A DNA stretch of 52,074 nucleotides from Desulfurococcales archaeon. Lineage in GTDB: Archaea > Thermoproteota > Thermoprotei_A > Sulfolobales > NBVN01. Made by a program: the position numbers and the translations under genes. This document shows, in pieces, positions 1-10,142 of this stretch. The DNA is taken from positions 1-52,074 of the forward strand of contig WAOL01000079.1 in NCBI GenBank assembly GCA_015521295.1. Reading direction: 5' to 3'. Numbering within the stretch: position 1 is the stretch's first letter; every line of letters begins with the position of its first letter. The notes under the pieces were generated by a model. The model was given only the letters and a program-made list of their open reading frames with translations, was not told the origin of the DNA and searched no databases.

Positions 1-153
1 CCGTAAGGGGTAACCGCTGAAAGCATCTAAGCGGGAACCCCTCCCCGAAAAGAGGCGGCCGTTCGCCGGGGGAGACCTCGGCGACGAGGGCTCCCGTAGA
101 AGACGGGGTTGATGGGGCGGGGGTGTATGCCCGCCGCTCCCAATCGCCCGAGG
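1..153 (+). rRNA. rrl: 23S rRNA, 3' end (partial; exact 3' boundary approximate)
   Basis: Conserved LSU 3' motifs AACCGCTGAAAGCATCTAAGCGGGAA, GGGCTCCCGTAGAAGACGGGGTTGATGGGGCGG and CCCGCCGCTCCCAATCGCCCGAGG; no 5S downstream, as usual in crenarchaea. Confidence 0.95.
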
Positions 154-306
154 CTGACGCTCGCCCGAGGTGTTGGCTAGTGCGGTGCTGGTAGGGCCTA
201 TGCGTGGCGCGATTGATGCCCGTTGTATAGTTCTCGTCCTCTCTTGCTTAACACGCTTAGTTAACCTCATTTTCCTTGAGTACGTACTCTAAGCGGGTGT
301 CACGGC

Positions 307-1470
307 TTGGGCAGTCCCGAGTCATTCACGCTTAGGTACGCATCCACGAAGCTCTTCTTTGGGGAGGGCTCCGTTAAGGGCCTAGCGAAGTACCTTAGCA
401 AGCATTCCTTAGTGGCGGTAGTCACGGGTAGGTCCTCAGCTAAGGTCAGCGGCGCCCTAGACGACGTCCTAGACGTCATTAAGGAGATCGGCACTAATTA
501 CTTCGTGGTTTCAGGCGTGCCTCCCAACCCCTGGGCAAGTAGCGCTGATGACATAGCTGAGCGTATATGGCGTGAGGGCGCTGACGCCGTAGTGGCTATT
601 GGCGGGGGAAGCGTGATAGACACGGCTAAGGTAGCGGCAGCCATAGTTGCTGGGGGTGGTAGGGCGACTGACTACGTCACGTTCAGGAGGCGTGTTAAGT
701 CCACCCTACCACTGTACGCTGTCAACTTAACGCACGGAACGGGCTCCGAGGTGGACAGGTACGCGGTACTAACGATCGACGGGACCGGTGAGAAGCGCGG
801 GGCGTCGGTCACGTACCCGGTGGTCGGGGTTGACGATCCCAAGTACACGGTGACGTTACCGCGTGACCACACGATCTACACGTCCTTAGACGCACTGTAT
901 CACGCCTACGAAGCAAGCACTGCTAAGGATCTCTCCTCACCTTACGTAACCCTACTCAGCAAGGAAGCTATCGCAAGGATTAAGGAGTGGCTCAGCACGG
1001 CGGTCGCTGACCCCAAGAACATCGAGGCACGGGGCTGGCTACTCTACGCCTCAATGCTCGCCGGGATAGCGATAGACACGTCATCCACGCACGTGGTCCA
1101 CGGCGTGGAGCACGCATTAAGCGGCATCAACCCCAAACTACCTCACGGTGCGGGCCTAGCGATAGTGGGTCCCGAACTAATCAAACACACCCATAAGGTG
1201 TCCCCAGCGAAGTCAGCGGAAGTGCTCAGAACGCTGAACCCCAAGCTAAGACCAACCCCCGACGACGCTATGAAGGCGGCGGAAACCGTGCGGGAATTCC
1301 AGAGTAGCGTGGGATTCGATAGGAAGCTCTCAGACTACGGCTTCAGCAGGGACGACATCAGGGAGGCGCTGAACCTCATCTTCGGCCCGCTGAAATACTT
1401 ATGGGATAGGGTCACGCCCTTCAAGTTAAGCAAGGAGTTAATCAGGGAGGTTCTAGAGGAAAGCCTATGA
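307..1470 (+). CDS. Iron-containing alcohol dehydrogenase
   Basis: AIGGGSVIDTAK, THGTGSEV, LDALYHAYE and HGVEHALSG..PHGAGL motifs. Confidence 0.93.
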   Translation: MGSPESFTLRYASTKLFFGEGSVKGLAKYLSKHSLVAVVTGRSSAKVSGALDDVLDVIKEIGTNYFVVSGVPPNPWASSADDIAERIWREGADAVVAIGGGSVIDTAKVAAAIVAGGGRATDYVTFRRRVKSTLPLYAVNLTHGTGSEVDRYAVLTIDGTGEKRGASVTYPVVGVDDPKYTVTLPRDHTIYTSLDALYHAYEASTAKDLSSPYVTLLSKEAIARIKEWLSTAVADPKNIEARGWLLYASMLAGIAIDTSSTHVVHGVEHALSGINPKLPHGAGLAIVGPELIKHTHKVSPAKSAEVLRTLNPKLRPTPDDAMKAAETVREFQSSVGFDRKLSDYGFSRDDIREALNLIFGPLKYLWDRVTPFKLSKELIREVLEESL

Positions 1471-1492
1471 GTGAGGGGGTGCTGGGAACACA

Positions 1493-2089
1493 TCACACCT
1501 TAAACTTCCTCTCCCTAGCCTCAGTCCCGCCCCTCAAATACCAGCCAACATCAAACACGTTCTCAGCAACAACGTCAACATTCCTCAACCCCTCAATCCC
1601 CCGGCAGGAGTCAATAACAGATAAACCAACGCCATACACGAACCCATCCTCACCCACGATCCCCACGACCTCACCCTTACTCAGCGGTTCAAAACACTCA
1701 AGCACTGACGCCTTCAGCACGTCCTTACCGTAGAGGAATGGTTTAAGCCCACGCTCACCTACAACCAGAGCCCTCCTAAAGCCACCCAAGCCCGAGTAAA
1801 GGAACGAGAGGAAATCAACTGAAGGCACGAACGTCGGGCGGGACTTCCTAAGCCTACCAACATACAACCCCGCAGCGTAGGGAACCCTACCGGAACCCAG
1901 CAAACCCTTAACGAGGTCAGCCACCTCACCCCTAAGGAGATACGCCTCCGCGAACTCCCCCCTACAGACAAGCAGTGAGAAACCCTCGAACACCTTAACG
2001 GTGTCCTCACCAAACAACCTAGCCACAACGCCCTCCATGAATTGGGCGGTGTCCTCAAAGGAACATCGAATACCGGCACACATCCTCAA
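1493..2089 (-). CDS. Nip7-like PUA-domain RNA-binding protein
   Basis: C-terminal PUA (KPFLYGKDVLKAS...NVFDVGWYLRGG); coupled to the Nop2-type methylase. Confidence 0.75.
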   Translation of the reverse strand: MRMCAGIRCSFEDTAQFMEGVVARLFGEDTVKVFEGFSLLVCRGEFAEAYLLRGEVADLVKGLLGSGRVPYAAGLYVGRLRKSRPTFVPSVDFLSFLYSGLGGFRRALVVGERGLKPFLYGKDVLKASVLECFEPLSKGEVVGIVGEDGFVYGVGLSVIDSCRGIEGLRNVDVVAENVFDVGWYLRGGTEARERKFKV

Positions 2090-3132
2090 TCAACCCTCCT
2101 AAGCAAGCACATGAAGAAACCCTCCATCCCGTGAATGTGGGGCCAGACCCTAACGCACAGCCGCACGTAGTCAGGTAATTCAAGCCCGAAGTACTCCTCA
2201 ACACCCTCACTCAACCTTAACGGGGCATCAACCCTCTCAACCCTCACGTCCTCCCTCCTCTCAACAACCTCAGCAATAACGAACTCGTCCTCCTCAGGAG
2301 CTATCGAGCACGTCGAGTAAAGCACTAAACCACCAGGCCTAACGGAGTCCAGTGCGGCGTTAAGTAACTCGACCTGCAACTCATGCATCCTAACTAAATC
2401 ACGCATACTTGTCTTAACCTTACGTGAAGGGTCAAGCATTATCAAGCCCTCACCACTGCAGGGAGCGTCAAGCAACACCCTATCAAAGTGAGACGGGAAG
2501 ATATCAGGGACGATACGCCCATCAATCCTAAGAAGCACGGCGTTCCTAATGCCCAACCTCTCAACATTACTCCTCAACGCCCGCATCCTAGACCTACTCA
2601 CGTCACACGCAAGCAAGACACCCTCATTACGCATCAACTGAGCCATATGGGTCGCCTTACCGCCGGGGGCGGCGGCCAAGTCACACACTCGTTCCCCAGC
2701 AACGGGGGATAGCGTGAGTGGAGGTAATAGCGATGCCCTCCCCCTATAAAGGTAGTACATGCCAATAAGGAACTCATGTGTAGCCCCTAAAGTCGAGACC
2801 GTGTTAACGCCCCCGACAACCTCGAAGCAATGCTCAGCCCATTCAATAGGCTTAACCTCAAATCCCAAACGCTCAAGCCTTTCAACAAGAAGCCCGCAGT
2901 CCCTAACCTTCAACGTATTACACCTAACAGAGGGACTAACACTTAGCTCGAAGGACTGAAGAAGCCTACCAACCTCAGCCCACGAACCAAGAATATTCAA
3001 GTACCTCTCAACCATGTACGGCCTATAACCCCACCTACTCGCAACTGCCTTGGATCTCCTACCCGGCCTAACCCTACTCACCACCCACTCAAGGGGGTCA
3101 GAAACATCACTGAATCTCGGTAAGTCACCCAC
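2086..3132 (-). CDS. NOL1/NOP2/RsmB family RNA m5C methyltransferase
   Basis: DLAAAPGGKATH, LLDAPCSGEG and YSTCS motifs. Confidence 0.95.
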   Translation of the reverse strand: MGDLPRFSDVSDPLEWVVSRVRPGRRSKAVASRWGYRPYMVERYLNILGSWAEVGRLLQSFELSVSPSVRCNTLKVRDCGLLVERLERLGFEVKPIEWAEHCFEVVGGVNTVSTLGATHEFLIGMYYLYRGRASLLPPLTLSPVAGERVCDLAAAPGGKATHMAQLMRNEGVLLACDVSRSRMRALRSNVERLGIRNAVLLRIDGRIVPDIFPSHFDRVLLDAPCSGEGLIMLDPSRKVKTSMRDLVRMHELQVELLNAALDSVRPGGLVLYSTCSIAPEEDEFVIAEVVERREDVRVERVDAPLRLSEGVEEYFGLELPDYVRLCVRVWPHIHGMEGFFMCLLRRVD

Positions 3133-3180
3133 CTCAAACTTACATTACCTCACCCACCATAAATCATTGGAGGTGAAGAT

Positions 3181-3486
3181 ATGGACAGTGAGCAAGGAAA
3201 GGAGATGGTGAGGGCCCACCTAAGGATATACGGCCTAGTTCAAGGAGTGTTCTTCAGATCCACTATGAGGTCAGTGGCGTACAGGCTAGGCGTCACGGGC
3301 TGGGTGAGGAACTTACCCGACGGAAGCGTCGAGGCCGTGGTTGAAGGACCCAAGGAAGCCGTCGAGGAAATCATAAGGTGGGCCCATAGAGGCCCGCCAG
3401 CAGCCCGTGTGGAGAGGGTTGAGGTGAAGTGGGAGCCGTATAGGGGTGAGTTCAAAGGATTCAAGATAAAGTACGCGTGGTGGTGA
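3181..3486 (+). CDS. acyP: Acylphosphatase
   Basis: [28 protein letters not shown]. Confidence 0.95.
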   Translation: MDSEQGKEMVRAHLRIYGLVQGVFFRSTMRSVAYRLGVTGWVRNLPDGSVEAVVEGPKEAVEEIIRWAHRGPPAARVERVEVKWEPYRGEFKGFKIKYAWW

Positions 3487-3522
3487 GACACGAACGAGGG
3501 TAATCAAGGCAAAGCAGGGAAT

Positions 3523-4077
3523 ATGGAGTACGAGGTTAAGATACCTATCGACGACCTGAGTAAGGTGGAGAACGCCTTAAGGAGAGTGGGTGCGGAGCTA
3601 GAAGCCCACTTAAAGGAAACGGACTACTACGTAGACCTAAGGCAGTGCCCCGGAGTGCCCAAGGATTCAGCCCTAAGGGTAAGGAAGACGGTGAATCTGA
3701 CGACGGGGGAGATCAAAGGCAAGATCACGTGCAAGACAACACCTCCGGGGACACCGGGCGGAGTGAAGGTAAGGGAGGAGATAGAGAGTGGGGTAAGTGA
3801 TCCCGACGCCCTCGTCAGGGCATTCACGAAGTTAGGGTTCCTAGTAATCAAGGTAAGCAAGGAAAGGAAAGTGTACGCGGGTGTGGAAGGCGCAACAATA
3901 ACGCTGGATAAGGTCGAGGGGCTAGGGAACTTCGTTGAGGTGGAAGTAATGAATCCAAAGGGACCGGAAGACTACGTTAAAAGGCTCAACCGTGTAGTTA
4001 ATTTACTGGGCCTCCAGGGGAGGCCCACCATAACCAAGCCCTACATACAATTACTTCGCAAGAGGTTAGGAAAATGA
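3523..4077 (+). CDS. cyaB: CYTH-domain protein (class IV adenylate cyclase / triphosphate tunnel metalloenzyme)
   Basis: EYEVK N-terminal ExExK, LRVR, REEIE, LDKVEGLGNFVEVE. Confidence 0.88.
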   Translation: MEYEVKIPIDDLSKVENALRRVGAELEAHLKETDYYVDLRQCPGVPKDSALRVRKTVNLTTGEIKGKITCKTTPPGTPGGVKVREEIESGVSDPDALVRAFTKLGFLVIKVSKERKVYAGVEGATITLDKVEGLGNFVEVEVMNPKGPEDYVKRLNRVVNLLGLQGRPTITKPYIQLLRKRLGK

Positions 4078-4919
4078 GGCCATTAATAGCCCTCCTAACA
4101 GATTTCGGCTTAAGCGACCCATACGTCGGCATGATGAAGGCAGTAATAAAGACTATAAACCCGGAAGCAGACATCATCGACATCACGCATGAGGTGCCGA
4201 AGTATAACATCAGGCTGGGAGCCCACATCCTCAAAGTGGCGTCCAAGTACGTGCCTCCCGGAGCAATCATAGTTGGTGTGGTGGATCCTGGCGTAGGCAG
4301 TGAACGCAGATCCGTGGTAATAGTCAGCAAGAAACATGTCTACGTAGGGCCAGACAACGGACTACTCATACCCGCGGCAACGGGGGAAGGCCTTATCGAA
4401 GCATACGTCATTAAGGAGGAAGTTGCGGGCCTTCCTAATCCCTCACCAACGTTCCACGGACGCGACATATTCGCACCGACAGCCGCATGGATCTCTAAGG
4501 GCGTAAAGCCCGAGTCTTTAGGTACACGCGTAGATCCCAACGAGTTGGTGAGGGTGGACACGCTACCTAAACCAGTCACCAGTAAAGGCAACATAGCTGG
4601 CGTCGAGGTCGTCCACGTAGACGGCTTCGGAAACATCATCACGTCAGCAACACTCAAACAGATAATGGATGCCCTTTCACTAACCTACGGCTCCCGAGTC
4701 GACGTGAGCGCTGATGGCGTTAAGTGGTATGCAGCAGAAGTAGTTAAATCGTTCTCCCACGTCAGCAGAGGTTCCTTCGCGGTGTACCAAGGCTCCTACG
4801 AGTTAGCTGAGGTAGCTGTATTCATGGGTTCAGCCGCTGAAGTACTGAGGCCGGCTGGCCGCATACTCTTCAGGAACCCAGCCCTAAGTAATACTGAAAG
4901 CAATAATACTTCCACATAA
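4074..4919 (+). CDS. SAM hydroxide adenosyltransferase (DUF62, chlorinase/fluorinase family)
   Basis: LLTDFG, VVDPGVGSER, VGPDNG, TFHGRDIF, DGFGN. Confidence 0.93.
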   Translation: MRPLIALLTDFGLSDPYVGMMKAVIKTINPEADIIDITHEVPKYNIRLGAHILKVASKYVPPGAIIVGVVDPGVGSERRSVVIVSKKHVYVGPDNGLLIPAATGEGLIEAYVIKEEVAGLPNPSPTFHGRDIFAPTAAWISKGVKPESLGTRVDPNELVRVDTLPKPVTSKGNIAGVEVVHVDGFGNIITSATLKQIMDALSLTYGSRVDVSADGVKWYAAEVVKSFSHVSRGSFAVYQGSYELAEVAVFMGSAAEVLRPAGRILFRNPALSNTESNNTST

Positions 4920-4955
4920 CCAAGCAAGAGGTGGTCGACACTGGTCTGGAGTGAT

Positions 4956-5477
4956 GTGAGGAGAGCCCTCTACCCAGGGAGGTTCCAGCCGGTACACTGG
5001 GGGCACGTTAAGGTGATGCAGTGGGTACTTGAGAGGGTAGACGAGCTCATAATTGGTATAGGGACAGCCCAGGAATCACATACCGTTGTCAACCCATTTA
5101 CGTCAGGCGAGCGCGTCATAATGATTCGCGAGGCGCTGAAGGACGCCGGCGTGGACTTGAGTAGAGTGCACATAATCCCAATACCGGACATACTCATGAA
5201 TTCCGTGTGGCCCTACTACGTGCAGATGTACGTCCCGAAGTTCCAGTACGGTGTTGCGAGGAACCCGCTAGTCCTGAGGCTCTTCAAGGACGCAGGAATA
5301 GAGGTACTAGTACCTCCACCCTATGATAGAGGCAAGTATTCATCAACGAAGATTAGGAAGCTAATGATCGTAGGCAGTGACGCGTGGCGCGAACTAGTCC
5401 CGCCCTCAGTGGCGAAGTTCATCGATGAGATTGATGGGGTTGGGAGGCTAAGGGAAGTAACAGGGGTTGACGAGTGA
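4956..5477 (+). CDS. nadM: Nicotinamide-nucleotide adenylyltransferase
   Basis: GRFQPVHWGH, NPFTSGER, SSTKIR. Confidence 0.93.
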   Translation: MRRALYPGRFQPVHWGHVKVMQWVLERVDELIIGIGTAQESHTVVNPFTSGERVIMIREALKDAGVDLSRVHIIPIPDILMNSVWPYYVQMYVPKFQYGVARNPLVLRLFKDAGIEVLVPPPYDRGKYSSTKIRKLMIVGSDAWRELVPPSVAKFIDEIDGVGRLREVTGVDE

Positions 5478-6538
5478 AGGTAGTGGACGGCTCCTACGGT
5501 GAGGGCGGAGGTCAGATATTAAGGGCGACAGTAGCTATATCCTGCGTAACCGGCGAGCCCGTTAAGATAGTTAACATTAGGGCTAAACGTCCACAACCAG
5601 GCCTCAAGAGACAGCACATGACCGCAATTAAGGCTGCGGCAACCCTCTGCAGCGCTGAGGTAGAGGGGCTAGAGTTAGGCTCACGTACGCTAACCTTCAA
5701 GCCAAGAAGCATTAAGGGCGGCAGCTACAGGTTCGACATAGGCACCGCAGGCTCAATAACCTTAGTGCTCCAAACAATAACCCCCATAATGGCTTACTCC
5801 CCACAACCGGTGAAGGTAACGATAACCGGTGGGACGGATGTCCCCTGGTCACCACCGATAGACTACTTCAGGAACGTCATAGAGTGGCACCTTAGGACCA
5901 TGGGGTACGAACTAAGCACGGAGTTACTTAGGAGAGGTCATTACCCGCGAGGGGGTGGCATGGTAAGGGTTCACGTCCCCAAACCTCCACGCTTACTAAC
6001 CCCTATTAATAGGGTGATGAGGGATGAGGTAAGGATCATTAAGGGCATATCACACTGTGTCAGACTACCTAAACACGTAGCGGAAAGGCAAGCGAAGTCA
6101 GCTAAGGCAACACTAATCCGGGGCGGCGTGAAAGCACCCATAGAGATTCAGTTAGAGTACTATGAACCGCGGCGCGACCCCCACCTAGGGCCTGGGTCAG
6201 GGATCGTGCTCTGGGCAGAAGCAGGCAATACTGTGATCGGTGCAGACGCTCTCGGCGCTAAGGGCAAGCGGGCAGAGGTGGTTGGTTCCGAGGCAGCTCA
6301 AAAGCTACTCAAAGAACTGGCGACGGGAGCGGCGCTAGATAGACACATGTCAGACAACATCCTAATCTACGCGGCATTAGCAGAGGGAGAGAGTAGAATT
6401 GGGGGATCCGAATTAACAATGCATGCACACACGGTGATCTGGCTCATAAAGCAACTCCTTGGTATTGACATAGAATTAAGCGGAAGTTTAGGTAAACCCT
6501 TTACAGCAACAATTAAGGGCGCGGGCATCACGGCTTGA
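5474..6538 (+). CDS. rtcA: RNA 3'-terminal phosphate cyclase
   Basis: DGSYGEGGGQILR, RRGHYPRGGG, DRHMSDN. Confidence 0.96.
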   Translation: MKVVDGSYGEGGGQILRATVAISCVTGEPVKIVNIRAKRPQPGLKRQHMTAIKAAATLCSAEVEGLELGSRTLTFKPRSIKGGSYRFDIGTAGSITLVLQTITPIMAYSPQPVKVTITGGTDVPWSPPIDYFRNVIEWHLRTMGYELSTELLRRGHYPRGGGMVRVHVPKPPRLLTPINRVMRDEVRIIKGISHCVRLPKHVAERQAKSAKATLIRGGVKAPIEIQLEYYEPRRDPHLGPGSGIVLWAEAGNTVIGADALGAKGKRAEVVGSEAAQKLLKELATGAALDRHMSDNILIYAALAEGESRIGGSELTMHAHTVIWLIKQLLGIDIELSGSLGKPFTATIKGAGITA

Positions 6539-6604
6539 ACTACGCCTACCTACAACTTACCTAAACTTAAAAACGCAGTCCCCATAATGTTGAGGGTGTG
6601 ACGA

Positions 6605-7348
6605 ATGTCCTTCAACGACGGAGACATCGTGTTAGTGGAGTACTCGCTCTTCGTTAAGGAAACGAACGAGTTAGTCGACACGACCAACGAGAGTGTAGCT
6701 AAGCTACATGGCAAGTACTCAGAGGATGAGGTGTACGAGCCCGAGGTAGTGGTGGTGGGTGAAGGTCGCTTTATTCCAGGTGTTGAGGAAGCGATAAAGA
6801 ACGCTGAGGTAGGGAAAGAATATGAGGTCGAGATCCCGCCCGAGAAAGGTTACGGTGAGAGGGACCCAAGCAAAGTTAAGGTATTCCCAAGGAGGATGTT
6901 CGTAAAGAACAACATAATCCCCGAAATAGGGAAGGAAGTGAAGATCAACAACATGACGGGCAGGATAATCGCTGTTGGCGGTGGTAGGGTAACTGTTGAC
7001 TTCAACCACCCGCTAGCAGGTAAGACTCTCCTGTTCAAGTTCAAGGTGCTTAAGAAGATCGAGGACCTAATAGAGAAGGTGAAGTACCTAATCAAGAGAA
7101 GGGCTAAGAGAGTACAGCTAGATGAAATCAAGGTGGAGCACGACCCGCAGGAAGGCAAGGTAACGGTGGAGTTACCCGAGGAGATGAGGTTAGCTGACGG
7201 TGTGCAGCTACTGAAGTTCCTAGCCGCGAGGGATATCACTAAGTTAGTGCCGGAGATTAAGGTAGTTGTCTTCGTTGAGAGATACAGTAGGGAGGACTTC
7301 GGAGGTGGTGCAAGCAGTGAGCGCGGAGAACAAGAAAAGACAGCCTGA
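6605..7348 (+). CDS. slyD: Long-type FKBP peptidyl-prolyl isomerase (SlyD-like)
   Basis: [20 protein letters not shown]. Confidence 0.92.
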   Translation: MSFNDGDIVLVEYSLFVKETNELVDTTNESVAKLHGKYSEDEVYEPEVVVVGEGRFIPGVEEAIKNAEVGKEYEVEIPPEKGYGERDPSKVKVFPRRMFVKNNIIPEIGKEVKINNMTGRIIAVGGGRVTVDFNHPLAGKTLLFKFKVLKKIEDLIEKVKYLIKRRAKRVQLDEIKVEHDPQEGKVTVELPEEMRLADGVQLLKFLAARDITKLVPEIKVVVFVERYSREDFGGGASSERGEQEKTA

Positions 7349-8549
7349 GGTAAACATAGGCGTCGTCGGCCACGTAGACCACGGCAAGACAACCCTCGTC
7401 CAAGCACTGACCGGTATATGGACAGCTAAGCACTCGGAAGAACTAAAGCGAGCGATGACTATAAAGCTTGGTTACGCTGACGGCGACGTATACGAGTGTA
7501 CTAACTTACCGGCCCCCGACAGGTTCTGCACCGAACCAAAAGGCCCTGACTGTGTATACAGGCGAAGCGTCTCTTACGTGGACGCCCCTGGTCACGAAGT
7601 ACTGATGGCGACGATGTTATCTGGTGCGGCTCTAATGGACGGAGCCATACTGGTTGTCGCCGCAAACGAGCCGTGTCCGCAGCCCCAGACCAGGGAGCAC
7701 TTCGCGGCGCTGGAGATTATAGGTGTCAAGAACTTAGTCGTAGTTCAGAATAAGGTTGACGTCGTAAGTAAGGAGGAGGCGCTGAGGCACTGCGAGCAAA
7801 TAAGGAAGTTCCTTGAAGGAACGTGGGCGGAGGACGCTCCCATAATACCCGTAAGCGCTCTCCACAAGGTAAATATTGATGCCCTGCTGATGGCTATAGA
7901 GAAATATATACCCACGCCTGAGAGAGACCTTTACTCCCCACCATTGATGTTTATAGTTAGGTCGTTCGAGGTCAATAGACCCGGCACACCACCTGAAAAA
8001 CTTGTCGGTGGCGTCGTAGGGGGATCACTACTTCAAGGAGTGCTGAGGGTGGGGGACGAGATAGAGATAAAGCCCGGAGCAAGGTTCAGGAAAGGCATGA
8101 AGGAGGAGTACGTCCCGCTATCATCGGAGGTAGTGAGCATACGCTTCGGGAATAGGGAGTACGACGAAGCAAAGCCAGGCGGGCTAGTCGCGATAGGAAC
8201 CAAGCTTGACCCCTCACTAACGCGTGCGGATCGCCTAGTCGGTAACGTGCTAGGGAAGGCCGGCACCCTGCCAGACCCAGTAACGCAGATCACGGTGGAG
8301 TACTCGCTAATGGAGAGGGTGCTCGGCACTAGGGAGTTACTTAAGGTTCAGCCCTTAAGGGTGGGTGAGAGGATAATGATCACTGCCGGTGCGGCAGTAA
8401 CGCTAGCGCTAGTCACTAAACTAAGCAAGGACAGAATGGAATTAACGCTTAGGAGGCCCACGGTCGTTTGGGATGGAATGAGGGTAGCTATAAGTAGGCA
8501 AGTACTAGGTAGGTGGAGGCTCGTAGGCTGGGGCAAGGTAGTAGGGTAG
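7266..8549 (+). CDS. eif2g: Translation initiation factor aIF2 gamma (true start probably GTG near 7317)
   Basis: [30 protein letters not shown]-terminal RWRLVGWG; GGAGGTG SD-like at 7301. Confidence 0.97.
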   Translation: MSSLRDTVGRTSEVVQAVSAENKKRQPEVNIGVVGHVDHGKTTLVQALTGIWTAKHSEELKRAMTIKLGYADGDVYECTNLPAPDRFCTEPKGPDCVYRRSVSYVDAPGHEVLMATMLSGAALMDGAILVVAANEPCPQPQTREHFAALEIIGVKNLVVVQNKVDVVSKEEALRHCEQIRKFLEGTWAEDAPIIPVSALHKVNIDALLMAIEKYIPTPERDLYSPPLMFIVRSFEVNRPGTPPEKLVGGVVGGSLLQGVLRVGDEIEIKPGARFRKGMKEEYVPLSSEVVSIRFGNREYDEAKPGGLVAIGTKLDPSLTRADRLVGNVLGKAGTLPDPVTQITVEYSLMERVLGTRELLKVQPLRVGERIMITAGAAVTLALVTKLSKDRMELTLRRPTVVWDGMRVAISRQVLGRWRLVGWGKVVG

Positions 8550-8558
8550 GCAGGGAAG

Positions 8559-8957
8559 TTGAAGGGGAAGAGGAAGATATTGCTAGACACGTCCGCACTA
8601 TTACTTTTCTTTGAAGGCATTGATGTCCTAGATAAGCTATGGTACGCGTTACAGGAACCCATGGAGTTCTACACGCTCGATATCGTGATTGAGGAGTTAA
8701 GGGAGCTAGCTAAGTCCCCTGGAAGCAGGCGTGGGCGTGCTGCCCGAACGGTGTTGACCTACGTCCTCAATAAACTCAAAGTCATTGAAACACGCGGTAA
8801 TTACGAGACGGCCGATGACGCTATAGTGAAGTTCGTTAAGGAACACCCGGAATTCATCGTCGTAACGCTCGACGAGGAGCTCAGGTCTAGGCTTAAGGAA
8901 CTCAACGCCAAGGTACTCACGTGGTGGGCGAGCCGGAAAAGGTTTTCTAAGGGTTGA
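8559..8957 (+). CDS. PIN-domain nuclease (Fcf1/Utp24-like)
   Basis: LLDTSAL, VIEEL, ADDAI, VTLDEEL acidic residues; conserved position after aIF2-gamma. Confidence 0.85.
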   Translation: MKGKRKILLDTSALLLFFEGIDVLDKLWYALQEPMEFYTLDIVIEELRELAKSPGSRRGRAARTVLTYVLNKLKVIETRGNYETADDAIVKFVKEHPEFIVVTLDEELRSRLKELNAKVLTWWASRKRFSKG

Positions 8958-9004
8958 GGGAGAGAAATAAGACTTAATAAATCTCTCATAACTCTCGTAG
9001 TCAG

Positions 9005-9553
9005 GTGTGGACGGTGTTCAGGATTATCTCAATAGAGGACATAATTAGAGTGCCCCCCGACAGGTTCGGCGAGGACCTAACAATCATAGCTTACGACCAG
9101 TTAAGGAATAGGTACATAGGTAGGGTAGATCCCTCGCTTGGCTTCGTGATAGAGGTATGGCGAGTTAACGTTAACCCGGAAGGTATGATAGTGCCTGGGG
9201 ATGGTGCCACCTACCACAAGGTTGAGGCGCAGCTACTGACGTACTACCCGCTAAGACATGAGGTAGTGGAGGGCGTCGTAGTAGACGTTAAGAAAATAGG
9301 GATATTTGTGAACATAGGACCTATAGACGCGTTTGTACACATATCGCAAATAGCTGACGACAGGATGATTTACGACGAACTAAACGGTGTCATGCGCGGC
9401 GAGGAAACGAAGCTAGTTCTCAAGCGCGGAGACATAGTGCGCGGGAAGATAGTTAACGTCAGCATGGCTCCGCCGGCCCACATCAGGGTCGGCATGACTA
9501 TGAAGCAACCCGCGCTAGGAAAGATAAAGGAGGGCCCAGGGTATGCCGGTTAG
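9005..9553 (+). CDS. rpoE1: RNA polymerase subunit Rpo7 (RpoE')
   Basis: EDIIRVPPDRFG, IVPGDGATY, S1 domain, TMKQPALGK. Confidence 0.96.
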   Translation: MWTVFRIISIEDIIRVPPDRFGEDLTIIAYDQLRNRYIGRVDPSLGFVIEVWRVNVNPEGMIVPGDGATYHKVEAQLLTYYPLRHEVVEGVVVDVKKIGIFVNIGPIDAFVHISQIADDRMIYDELNGVMRGEETKLVLKRGDIVRGKIVNVSMAPPAHIRVGMTMKQPALGKIKEGPGYAG

Positions 9554-9761
9554 GAGGAAGCATACGAAGCCGTTTAAAGCATGCACGAAGTGCAAGTACT
9601 TAGTACCGCACGACGTGGAGCGTTGTCCCGTATGCGGTAGTGAGTCCTTCACCGAAAACTGGTCGGGAATGATAATAGTTATCGACCTCGAGAACTCGGA
9701 GGTAGCGAAGATACTCGGCATAAAGCACCCTGGACGGTACGCCATAAAGATAGGGATTTAA
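9543..9761 (+). CDS. spt4: Transcription elongation factor Spt4 (RpoE'')
   Basis: ACTKCKYL..CPVCGS..WSGMII..PGRYAIK. Confidence 0.95.
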   Translation: MPVRRKHTKPFKACTKCKYLVPHDVERCPVCGSESFTENWSGMIIVIDLENSEVAKILGIKHPGRYAIKIGI

Positions 9762-9813
9762 TCTCAATTAATAGATGAAACAATATAAGGGTTCCCCTTA
9801 AGCATAGGAGGAG

Positions 9814-10140
9814 GTGACGAGTATGAGTGAGGGGGCGTTAAAAACAGCTACGTTACCTGACGGTTCACTCCTGCAGGTTATCAGAGAAAAGGAGAACAAG
9901 GTTGTTGGGAGAGTAGAGGTTTACTGCGTAGTCACACACGTTGAGAAGGGAACACCATCCAGGAAAGATGTGCGTGCGGCACTAGCTAAGCTCTACGGAA
10001 AGAGCGAGGACTTAGTAGTGATAAAGTACATAAAGAGCGAGTACGGTATCGGGAGGTCCAAGGTACGTGCGAACATTTATAACGACTTGGAGAGGCTGAA
10101 GGCGTTCGAGCCTGAGTACCTGCTTAAGCGGGGTGCTTGA
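9814..10140 (+). CDS. rps24e: 30S ribosomal protein S24e
   Basis: ENKVVGRVE, GTPSRKDVR, EPEYLLKR. Confidence 0.95.
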   Translation: MTSMSEGALKTATLPDGSLLQVIREKENKVVGRVEVYCVVTHVEKGTPSRKDVRAALAKLYGKSEDLVVIKYIKSEYGIGRSKVRANIYNDLERLKAFEPEYLLKRGA

Positions 10141-10142
10141 GC

